DNA of 40,260 nucleotides from Nemertoderma westbladi. Taxonomy: Eukaryota; Animalia; Xenacoelomorpha. Positions 24,801 through 36,800 of the stretch are shown piece after piece. The position numbers were made by a program, and so were the translations under genes. Location: assembly GCA_032718475.1 (NCBI GenBank), contig JAUCBJ010005387.1, forward strand, positions 1-40,260. Reading direction: 5' to 3'. The notes under the pieces were generated by a model, which saw nothing but the letters and a program-made list of their open reading frames with translations, did no database searches and had not been told where the DNA came from. Numbering within the stretch: the first letter of the stretch is position 1; the number at the start of each line of letters is the position of its first letter.

Positions 24801-27800
24801 TGGCAGACAGGGTGAGAAGTACTGGAGGATCTGTGGAGGGTGTGGGAGACAGGATGAGAAGTACAGGATGATCTGTGGAGGGTGTGGGAGACGGAGTGGG
24901 AAGTACAGGAGGATCTGTGGAGGGTGTGGGAGACAGGGTGAGAAGTACAGGAGGATCTGTGGAGGGTGTAGGAGACAGGGTGAGAAGTACAGGAGGATCT
25001 GTGGAGGGTGTGGCAGACAGGGTGAGAAGTACTGGAGGATCTGTGGAGGGTGTGGGAGACAGGGTGAGAAGTACAGGAGGATCTGTGGAGGGTGTGGGAG
25101 ACAGGGTGAAAAGAACAGGAGGATCTGTGGAGCGTGTGGGAGACAGGGTGAAAAGTACATGAGGATCTGTGGAGGGTGTGGGAGACGGAGTGGGAAGTAC
25201 AGGAGGATCTGTGGAGGGTGTGGGAGACAGGGTGAGAAGTACAGGAGGATCTGTGGAGGGTGTAGGAGACAGGGTGAGAAGTACAGGAGGATCTGTGGAG
25301 GGTGTGGCAGACAGGGTGAGAAGTACTGGAGGATCTGTGGAGGGTGTGGGAGACAGGGTGAGAAGTACAGGAGGATCTGTGGAGGGTGTGGGAGACAGGG
25401 TGAAAAGAACAGGAGGATCTGTGGAGCGTGTGGGAGACAGGGTGAAAAGTACAGGAGGATCTGTGGAGGGTGTGGGAGGCGGAGTGGGAAGTACAGGAGG
25501 ATCTGTGGAGGGTGTGGGAGACAGGGTGAGAAGTACAGGAGGATCTGTGGAGGGTGTGGGAGACAGGGTGAGAAGTACAGGAGGATCTGTGGAGGGTGTG
25601 GGAGACAGGGTGAAAAGTACGTAGGAGGATCTGTGGAGGGTGTGGGAGGCGGAGTGGGAAGTACATGAGGATCTGTGGAGGGTGTGGGAGACAGGGTGAA
25701 AAGTACAGGAGGATCTGTGGAGGGTGTGGGAGACAGGGTGAAAAGTACAGGAGGATCTGTGGAAGGTGTGGGAGGCGGAGTGGGAAGTACAGGAGGATCT
25801 GTGGAGGGTGTGGGAGACAGGGTGAAAAGTACAGGAGGATCTGTGGAGGGTGTGGGAGACAGGGTGAAAAGTACAGGATGATCTGTGGAAGGTGAGGGAG
25901 ACGGAGTGGGAAGTACAGGAGGATCTGTGGAGGGTGTGGGAGACGGAGTGGGAAGTACAGGAGGATCTGTGGAGGGTGTGGGAGACGGAGTGGGAGGTAT
26001 GGGAGGATCTGTGGAGGGCGTGGGAGTCGGAATGGGAAGTACAGGAGGATCTGTGAAGGGTGTGGGAGACAGGGTGAGAAGTACAGGAGGATCTGTGGAG
26101 GGCGTGGGAGACAGGGTGAGAAGTACAGGAGGATCTGTGGAGGGTGTGGGAGGCGGAGTGGGAAGTACAGGAGGATCTGTGGAGGGTGTGGGAGACGGAG
26201 TGGGAGGATCTGTGGAGGGTGTGGGAGACGGAATGGGAAGTACAGGAGGATCTGTGAAGGGTGTGGGAGACTGAGTGGGAAGTACAGGAGGATCTGTGGA
26301 GGGTGTGGGAGACGGAGTGGGAAGTACAGGAGGATCTGTGAAGGGTGTGGGGACAGGGTGAGAAGTACAGGAGGATCTGTGGAGTGTGTGGGAGACGGAG
26401 TGGGAAGTACAGGAGGATCTGTGGAGGGTGTGGGAGACAGGTTGAGAAGTACAGGGGGATCTGTGGAGGGTGTAGGAGACAGGGTGAGAAGTACAGGAGG
26501 ATCTGTGGAGGGTGTAGGAGGCATGGTGAGAAGTACAGGAGGATCTGTGGAGGGTGTGGGAGACGGAGTGGGAAGTACAGGAGGATCTGTGAAGGGTGTG
26601 GGAGACATGGTGAGAAGTACAGGCGGATCTGTGGAGTGTGTGGGAGACGGAGTGGGAAGTACAGGAGGATCTGTGGAGGGTGTGGGAGATAGGTTGAGAA
26701 GTACAGGAGGATCTGTGGAGGGTGTAGGAGACAGGGTGAGAAGTACAGGAGGATCTGTGGAGGGTGTAGGAGACGGAGTGGGGAGTACAGGAGGATCTGG
26801 GGAGGGTGTGGGAGACAGGGTGAGAAGTACAGGAGGATCTGTGGAGGATGTGGGAGACAGGGTGAGAAGTACAGGAGGATCTGTGGAGGGTGTAGGAGAC
26901 AGGGTGAGAAGTACAGGAGGATCTGTGGAGGGTGTGGGAGACGGAGTGGGAAGTACAGGAGGATCTGGGGATGGTGTGGGAGACAGGGTGAGAAGTACAG
27001 GAAGATCTGTGGAGGGTGTGGGAGACAGGGTGAGAAAGACAGGAGGATCTGTGGAGGGTGTGGGAGACAGGGTGAGAAGTACAGGAGGATCTGAGGAGGG
27101 TGGGGAAGATGGAGTGGAAGGTACAGGTGGATCTGTGGAGGGTGGGGATGAAAGTGATAATGAACAATTTACAGGTTTTGAAGGAGTGGGGGGTATGGGA
27201 AGATCCGTGGCGGTTATACAAGATAACGTTTGGAATACAGGAGATTCTATGGAGGGTGTAGAAGATGGAGTGGGGAGTACATGAGGTTCTGTGGAGGGTG
27301 GAGATGAAACTGATGAACAATTTATAGGTTTTGACTAACTGCTCAGCCATAGTGATATACAGTTATAAACTCGGTAATAAACTCGTCATACTTTGTGAAT
27401 TTTCATATAAATCGTCACTAAAGTACCTAAAGTGGTTAAAATGTTTTAATAAACTCTTTATGTTTATTTGATAAACTATTTTATAATTTTTCCAGAATTG
27501 GGAACCATAAAGATATATTTTCAAATAAGCTTTATTGGGATGTGATACTGGGATCAGAAGGGCTGCATAGCTCCCACTCAGAGACGAAATCTAGGTTAAT
27601 TTAACATTTCAGTGTAATTACAACTGGTGTTACATGGTGGGACAAATTGTTACAGGCATCGGAAATCACCATTCAAGGGCTCTGATTGGCTGATATTGGT
27701 CGTTACATTGTGGGACAAGTGTTACAGGAATGGACATCTGTTTTTCTCAATTATTTGTTACCATGAGGTCGGGGCTATTGGGAAATTACCACCATTGAAT

Positions 27801-30800
27801 TCAGGGCATCAAAGAGCTTTCTGGTGATATATATTACATACTTTGGGAAACTTTTTTTTTTTTACAAAAAAAATAATTTTTTTGGCCACTTTTTGTGATT
27901 TTGAGCCGTACGTGATTTTTGAAATTTGTTGAATTTTAAAATTAGCTTTGAAATGAGTGATGGTTAGAAAGAGCGATAATTTCTGCATATGAAACCAGAA
28001 AGTGCCCCAAAAATTTATTGGCCGTTATTGAGAGAAACGTTCTGGAATGCAAAAATTGAGAAAATATTTTCACATTTGTCACGTATGGGAAATTTATAAA
28101 TATTTTTTTTCGTACTCTATGTCCATATTCTTGATAATTTGAAGTAACAGTCGTTTAATGGTGTTATTGAGGTGTCCCGCAAGAGATGTCAGATCGAAGT
28201 GAAAAGTTTTATAGTGAGAAAAAATTTAAAAATTCTGTCACTAAAGATACATTTTTCATAGAGTGACAACACAAGGTTTCACTTTCTGGGAAAGTGGGGC
28301 TAAATATATTTTTTGCTGTTAATAACAATGTGATAGAACTGTTGCCTATGGTCAACTGAAAACCGTTATTTTATATTTACATGGAAACGATTATTATAAA
28401 TTTTGACATTTATTTTCCAATTAAAAACAAATCATAAAATACTCTAAATAACTCCTCCGTATTAGAATTTAAATCCAGTTACAGTCATCCTTCCCACTAC
28501 CAACTCCCGTCCCATTCCCAACTTTCAATAACGGTCAAAATGGTTGGTGTTGACCCATATGTGGGGTGTTCTGGGTAACAACAACTTTATTTTACACCTC
28601 TGAAGTATATTAGTAAGATAAAGTTATATTAAAATTATTTGACAATTGAATTCTATATGGTTTACTGACATCAAAATTCGATATAATCAAAAAATACCGT
28701 TCTGCTGGATCTATTTATTAGATAATCACAACATTTACTTAACTATTTTATTTATACTTCCGGGATCCCGAAGTATAATAAAACGGACAGTAAAAGTCGG
28801 GACCGCGGCCGGGATTGCATTTTTCGCCGGGATCCCGGTTTTTCGGGATCGGGATCGGGATCCCGTTTAAACACTATATAGTATATACTGTATTTAAAAC
28901 TTTTATTTGATAAGATAAAATCAAAAATTGTAGAAAAAAACGAACCGAAACGAAACGAATTTAAAATGTATGAATCTAAACGAAAATGTGATAGATTGAT
29001 AAAAAACGAAACGAAACTAAATTGAAATTCTTACCTTCCGTTTCGTTATGCCATCCCTCCCTATGGTCAGTAACAGGTTACAGTTCTATTTGATATTAAT
29101 TCTTGAGGATATTAATTCCTCATTAGTTGGGATTTACGTCCAGTCCCCCCCCCCCCCCCCCCCTTGCCTCCGGTTGTCAGTCTGACTATCTTTTGCCGGT
29201 CTATCAATCTAATTTCTAAATTATTTTGCTTCACATTAATTAATATGATAACAATTATTTATTAATATACGAACTATGAATTTTAGCTAATGGAAAAGGC
29301 AAAACTCAAGAATGTCAACATTCATCTACCGGTTGATGTCGTAACTGGTAATAAATTTAGCGAAGAATCTGAGGTTGGAGCTGCCGATATAGAAACTGGT
29401 ATACCCGCTGGTTGGTTGGTGAGTTACTAATAATTATTGTATGTAAAATATACCTAATTGGGGTGGTGCAAATAACTGGATCATGTGCAGCTGCCCCAGG
29501 TCATTCTAGGTCAAAGTTTGTCAGTTTTTCTTTAAATTTATTTTAACATATTTATTATCGGTCATCATATTATAGAGCTTATTATATTGGTAAGATTTAC
29601 TATATTGGCTATTTATTTCTACTATTTCTACTATATATTATTATTGTTTGCATTTCTGTTATGTAAGCTGGGTTTTATGTGAGAATCCTTCCCCAGGTAC
29701 GCTATAGGATATTGCGAGCCAGGATTGTAAAATGTTAAGTGTACTTACTGTTTTTTTCGATTTTTATCTGGAATATGCCCCGGCGGCTGTTATTAGTAAA
29801 ATGGTCTGGCTTTACCTTTAAGGCGTAAGTATAGCATAGCAACAATTGCACCGAAAATAGTTATAAAAATCTACACAGTACACACCAATTAATAACGTGG
29901 CGGTAAGAACAGTAAAGGCACCAAAGCCACGATATAAGTCAATAGCGGTATAAAATCAATCCGGTAAAATAAAATCTATATACATATTGATATAACATAT
30001 TAATATGGCGTTCTTTAATAGTGTGTAGGATGTACAACAATTGCTAAGTGTAAAACGTACAAATTAGCCATTAAAATAAAATCGTATAAAATGAGATGTA
30101 ATGAAGGGTAATACCCACAGTCTGGCTAGCACGTAGGGTCTATTTGGGTACCATAATTAACTGCTGAATACAACGGTTTTATTCAGAGATAGTAAAATAT
30201 TATGTCGGACTGGGCGTATCGTTGTCAGATAAAGTTGAAAAAGGAAAACAATTAATAATTGTATAAGTCGAATAGGACTGAGTGTCGGTCACTGTGTGTT
30301 CGCGTGGTGGCGTTAAGTGTCTGCGTATAGAGCTGAAACTAAATTTGGAAATACTGTGATTGGTCAAGCTTGGGAGGTTCAGGTCCCAGGCGGCGCCGTG
30401 TGCATAGCTATCAAATGTGTCTACCTTGAACAGTCCCCCCCCCCCCCCCCCCCCCCCAGATGGCCGGACAGCAGTTATAGTAAAAAAGATAAGTTACTTT
30501 GGCATTGCGGCAATTAAATATGTTGAATATCGTGGTGGCAGATTTAAGTTTAATCATAGCATCTTGTGGTAGTCCATCAAATAACATTGCCAGGGTGTCG
30601 GAAGGGATATAGTTTGATGCTCGCAGGAATCTTCGCATTGCCGCCTTATGTAGCGCGCTATAACTGTCGTATTAACATGGTCGGTCGAGCGACTCACAGC
30701 CGTACAGTATTGCTGGCAGGCAGATGCATTGCCAGATTTTGACAACAACGTTTCGCGATACGCTCTCTATTGCGAATCCGCGTTGTTCTAAACGGCTGAT

Positions 30801-33800
30801 ATTGACTAAGGTTTTCAGCTGAAAATGTTTGTCCAAGTTGCGGGGTGTGGCAGGTAGAGGGAGATCGTGATACAAACAGCTATCTTCAGATATGTGGACC
30901 GTGATATCGAATTCTGGAAGGTATATCAGTTGCACTGCATCCATTTTCGTTTAAGAGAAGGTAGTGGGTTTTCGTAATATTTAAGGTTAAAACTGTAGTC
31001 TTGGAAGTATGTGTAACATAAAGCAGCCATTCTCTGGAGGTCCGACTTTTAATTAGCGATTAGTATGATGTCGTCCCCGTAACTTACTAAACTGAAGGAG
31101 TGACTTCCCACGTAGACTCAGCGATTACTGTTGACTATGTCTTCGAATTGCTATGCGATGTAAACATTGAAGAGGAATGGCGATAGTAAACTTCCCTGTC
31201 TTAATCCCCGTTCAATTATTATGGGGTTTTTCCTGATTAATTTTCCTGAACAAATAAATGACGTCGCTGAGTGAAGGTAAGCCATGAGCATCCGAGTGAG
31301 GTAAGGTCCCACGTTGGATTTCTGTAAGATATATAGTTTATAATCAACTGTGTTGAAGGCTGATGATAAAGTCCAACGATAGGATGTGGATAGCTGTGTG
31401 GTGTTTATTGAAGTACCTAATGATGTTTATTACCGTCAAGTATGTCATTTCGATGCTGATTTTTCGGTTTGAAACCAAGCTGAAGTTCGTTAGTTTGTAA
31501 CATTGGTGTTAGTTCCTTGGAACTAACTCGCTAACTAGCCGAGGCGCAGACCGCCAGATCTTGCTCGGGGCGCCTCTGGCCAACTCTTTCGACCTCGCCA
31601 GCTCTGCCACCAGCTCTGCTAGTTAGCTCGGTAGCAGGCCGCCTGTCTTTACTCAGGGCCCACTACTTTGCGCCCTTTACCAATTGGCTCTATAGTTATT
31701 TATAACAGAGTTTTCGGGGTAAAGTTTCGCTAATCTCCTATGCCCAAACGGGACCACCGCGCTGTTTGGACATAGAGATAACCGAGTGTATGTAACCGAA
31801 TTGATCTATGAATTAATTTATCAAGTTTACATAGAAACAGACTTCTGTAGTTCATCTTTCGGCCACAAGGGGGCTACATATCTACCTTTCAAGCTGAAAC
31901 TTGGCAGATATGTACTGGAACACAGTTCGCGTCTTTGTGGTGACGGTATTCAGTCTGCAGTTTCACGAGTCTGCGGCTATTGTGCGAAATGTCTGAAAGT
32001 GTATACCTTCTCCATCCCCGATTTTTTAATTCGTTTAAGGGGGGGGGGGTATAACCCCCCCCCCCCCCCCCATGAACCTTTTTTTGAAATGGCTGTCAAT
32101 TAGTGTTAAATGATAATATTGATATTTTGTCATGGTCAACAACCACTGTATGGAAGGCCAAATAGCCTCTATAGGAAAATTTGAAAATTTGTAGCCTCCC
32201 CCTAGCGGCAGGTGGCGGAATTAAAGATTTCACTAAAATTGCTACTAGTCCCTCAATTTTGGTAAAAATTTATTGAAACCAACTTTTTTGGACTCAGCGT
32301 GATCGACTCTACAAAAGTTATCTTATAGAATTTTTAATTAGCCAATTTTATTTTAATTAATTAATTAAATTAATTAATTATCATATTTTTAATTAAAAAT
32401 GGCTAATTAGAAAAAATGGTAATATTTATCAAATTTCCATAAGATAACTTTTAAAGAGCTTCCAAAGCTAGTTCGAATGAGCCATAAACGAAGAAAATTG
32501 GTTGAAAAATGACGGAGGAGTAGTAATTTGAAAATGAAAAATGTCATTCCGAGAAAATGCCCTTCAAAGTTTAAACCGTCCCGCCAAAATTGGCTGTCTG
32601 TGTTCCGGTTGGTTAATTATTTCTGGCACGAAGGATGCACACCAACGAGCTAAAATGTTCATTACTGGGGTTTTCGTTTTTGTTCAGTTTTAATTATTGG
32701 TGGAATCTAGTCTATCTGTCTGTCTGTCGGTCTTCTGACTTTCTTACAATTTGACGAACAGACCGTCATACGGAAAAACAATGATAACTCGAGAACTGAA
32801 ATAGGTCTCACTAAGCGGTTTTCAGATTTGTAATCCTCATTAAATTCTGCTCTAGGTGAAATAAAGAAACAATAATTTGAAAATTTTACCTGAGGGGGGG
32901 GGGGGGGGGGGGGGGTATAATAACTGAGAGGGGGGGTTGAAATATTGTGATAAGTTAATACTTTTTGCAATACATTCATCATTCATTGTCCCGCTATCTA
33001 CTTATTATTATTGTATAATATTGTAATAATAATTATAATATTAATACGCAACGCATAAAGTATCAACGAATATTCAAATATTTTTGTGACGAATATTCGA
33101 ATAGTAAAACTACCATTCTCAGAAATTCTACGGATGAGTGCCATAATGATAATGGTCCTGTCATACTGATCTCTTGCATCCATACTCTCCACCCACCACC
33201 CCCACTGAGCTCCAGTGACCTTGGTCTCCTCGTCATCCCACGATATAACCTAGAGAGCTACGCTGCCGTCTTAAGGCAAAATACCCTATCTCCAAAAATC
33301 GTGTTTTGAGTAATTTAACGAAACGCGTTTTCTTCTACAAGTTTGTTATACTGCTGCGTGGATACCAGAATTTGAACTGCAAGTCACCCAAAAATACTAA
33401 CGTAGAATTTCAAATGCGAGATACACAACGTTTGTAATTTGGGAGCTTAAAAAATGCTGAAAAGATTTTATATGGTGTTTTGCCTCGATAATGTTGGCGA
33501 CAAATGAAACTGAACGCTGATACAGGGTGTTTGGTCAATCCAGAGTTCGAGTCAAATAGTTAAATAGCTTCAAATAATAATACTGCAGGGTGGAAATTAT
33601 ACTTGTAATTTTGAAGTTAAAGGTTGGGTTTTTGTAAATAATGCAAATTATAATTCAAAAACATGAGATTAACAGCTGATAATTTCTGTATAATTGGTTG
33701 CCTGGTAATGTCATCATGGTTACCATTCCATGAATATAAAGTACTCAAAAACTAAACTCTGGGCAATCGATAATAGTTACATCTTTGCCCGTAAAAATTT

Positions 33801-36800
33801 TAGAAATATTCTAGCTAGCTATTAATTGTGTAACTATGTGACCACAAAACCCAGTCTGCCAAAATCAAACTCAGTCTACTTTGCCTTGAAGTGCAGTCCA
33901 ATATGTGTAGATTGTCGGCGCTCTTAAAACTATGATGAGGCTCAAAGTACCAAAATTCTATATAGCCTTTAGCCCCACAACCTGCACCAGAGAAACCAAA
34001 CAAGAGAAAAGGGTGTCCTCCATCTCAATCCCATCCCAGTCTCCATCCCAGTCGGTAAACTCTTGCATACTATTGGATTATAGTCGGTATCGGGAGGGGC
34101 ATGTCTCTTTCTAGACGACTGGCCGTCTTGGTCACCCATTTCTTCTATAAAGCTCTGATTGACAGCTGGGCCCTGAACATCAGTGTTTAACATGACAATT
34201 TTTTCATCTGGAATATCGACGGGAAAGTTCGATAAAATATTAATCTAATTACTTTTAGTAATTAATTTTGAGATAGGGCATTCTGCCTTAAGACGGCAGT
34301 ACGGTAGGCGATCTTTCGCATGTAGCTGCGCCCACTATTTGGAATTCTCTTCCATTCGAAGTCCGCCGTGCGCCCACTACTGTTGCGAGTTTTAAATTGC
34401 ATCTGAAGCCTGTTTACGTCTTTATATAAACTTCATTATGGATAAACGTTATATGGCGATTATATTTCTATTAATCTTTAATTATTTAACGAACAATTAC
34501 TTGAATTTTCTTGCACGCTGTGTAAAGCTAATACTGTTGCCTGCTAATGCCTCAATTATATTTAATTGGTATTGGTATTGGTATTGTTTTGTTTTATTTT
34601 AGTGATGAAGTCTGTATTGTTTTGTTTTATTTTAGTGATGAAATCTGTATTGTTTTTTTTAACTAACGCATTTGGCCTTTGAATATGACGTAAAAGGCGC
34701 GGTATAAATATAAATTATTATTATTATTACTTATATTATCGGAAATACGGCTTTCGTATATATAATTAGAGATTAGTACCCTTTCTTATATAGGCTATCG
34801 TGCTGCTCGAAGGCCCCACAACGTGTTCTCTGTTCATCTGTTTAATGATGTAATATCTTACTCTAAGCTAACGTTTACTTTAAGGGTTTGGACATTGGAC
34901 CGAAGAGCATACATAACTTCACGCGAGTTATCAGCCAATCAAAACTCATCGTGTGGAACGGACCGCCTGGAGTCTTTGAGATAACCCACTTCGCACCCGG
35001 AACCAAAGCTGTAATGGACGCAGTTATAAAGGCTACCGCGAATGGTGCAACTACCATCATTGGTAAGTTTGGACGCAGTTATAAAGGCTACCGCGAATGG
35101 TGCAACTACCATCATTGGTAAGTTTGGACGCAGTTATAAAGGCTACCGCGAATGGTGCAACTACTATCATTGGTAAGTTTGGACGCAGTTATAAAGGCTA
35201 CCGCGAATGGTGCAACTACTATCATTGGTAAGTTTGGACGCAGTTATAAAGGCTACCGCGAATAGTGCAACTACTATCATTGGTAAGTTTGGACGCAGTT
35301 ATAAAGGCTACCGCGAATAGTGCAACTACCATCATTGGTAAGTTTGGACGCAGTTATAAAGGCTACCGCGAATAGTGCAACTACCATCATTGGTAAGTTT
35401 GGACGCAGTTATAAAGGCTACCGCGAATAGTGCAACTACCATCATTGGTAAGTTTGGACGCAGTTATAAAGGCTACCGCGAATGGTGCAACTACCATCAT
35501 TGGTAAGTTTGGACGCAGTTATAAAGGCTACCGCGAATGGTGCAACTACTATCATTGGTAAGTTTGGACGCAGTTATAAAGGCTACCGCGAATGGTGCAA
35601 CTACTATCATTGGTAAGTTTGGACGCAGTTATAAAGGCTACCGCGAATGGTGCAACTACTATCATTGGTAAGTTTGGACGCAGTTATAAAGGCTACCGCG
35701 AATGGTGCAACTACCATCATTAGTAAGTTTGGACGCAGTTATATAGGCTACCGCGAATGGTGCAACTACCATCATTGGTAAGTTTGGACGCAGTTATAAA
35801 GGCTACCGCGAATGGTGCAACTACCATCATTGGTAAGTTTGGACGCAGTTATAAAGGCTACCGCGAATAGTGCAACTACCATCATTGGTAAGTTTGGACG
35901 CAGTTATAAAGGCTACCGCGAATGGTGCAACTACCATCATTGGTAAATGGTAAGTTTGGACGCAGTTATAAAGGCTACCGCGAATGGTGCAACTACCATC
36001 ATTGGTAAGTTTGGACGCAGTTATAAAGGCTACCGCGAATGGTGCAACTACCATCATTGGTGAGTTTGGACGCAGTTATAAAGGCTACCGCGAATGGTGC
36101 AACTACCATCATTGGTAAGTTTGGACGCAGTTATAAAGGCTACCGCGAATGGTGCAACTACTATCATTGGTAAGTTTGGACGCAGTTATAAAGGCTACCG
36201 CGAATGGTGCAACTACTATCATTGGTAAGTTTGGACGCAGTTATAAAGGCTACCGCGAATGGTGCAACTACTATCATTGGTAAGTTTGGACGCAGTTATA
36301 AAGGCTACCGCGAATGGTGCAACTACCATCATTGGTAAGTTTGGACGCAGTTATAAAGGCTACCGCGAATGGTGCAACTACCATCATTGGTAAGTTTGGA
36401 CGCAGTTATAAAGGCTACCGCGAATGGTGCAACTACTATCATTGGTAAGTTTGGACGCAGTTATAAAGGCTACCGCGAATGGTGCAACTACCATCATTGG
36501 TAAGTTTGGACGCAGTTATAAAGGCTACCGCGAATGGTGCAACTACCATCATTGGTAAGTTTGGACGCAGTTATAAAGGCTACCGCGAATGGTGCAACTA
36601 CTATCATTGGTAAGTTTGGACGCAGTTATAAAGGCTACCGCGAATGGTGCAACTACTATCATTGGTAAGTTTGGACGCAGTTATAAAGGCTACCGCGAAT
36701 GGTGCAACTACTATCATTGGTAAGTTTGGACGCAGTTATAAAGGCTACCGCGAATGGTGCAACTACTATCATTGGTAAGTTTGGACGCAGTTATAAAGGC

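Larger units (their letters stand above)
23047..28560. mobile_element. Interrupted TIR element, unclassified
   Basis: atatgggtcaatgccaaccatattgacc / ggtcaaaatggttggtgttgacccatat (25/28 inverted match). Confidence 0.7.
22933..28876. mobile_element. Interrupted MITE with CGGGAT subterminal repeats
   Basis: Clusters of cgggat/atcccg at 22945..23015 and 28760..28870. The right end is gggatcccgtttaaacacta and the left end a degenerate tgtatttaaacaggatc. Confidence 0.5.
22449..29058. mobile_element. Second, inverted and interrupted copy of the intron-2 hAT MITE family
   Basis: 22612..22757 is the reverse complement of 18863..19015. The family TIR gtttcgttatgccatccct reappears at about 29040..29058. 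The left TIR is missing. Confidence 0.65.

Noticed and set aside
24418-27284. RRICGGCG (zinc-finger-like) and GGSVEGVG repeat ORFs
   Set aside because: Frame products of the 42-bp minisatellite with frequent frameshifts and no unique domain.
31720-33000. Probable non-autonomous element with (TGTC)n and G/C runs
   Set aside because: Looks repeat-derived, but I could not define TIRs, a TSD or Helitron-type termini.
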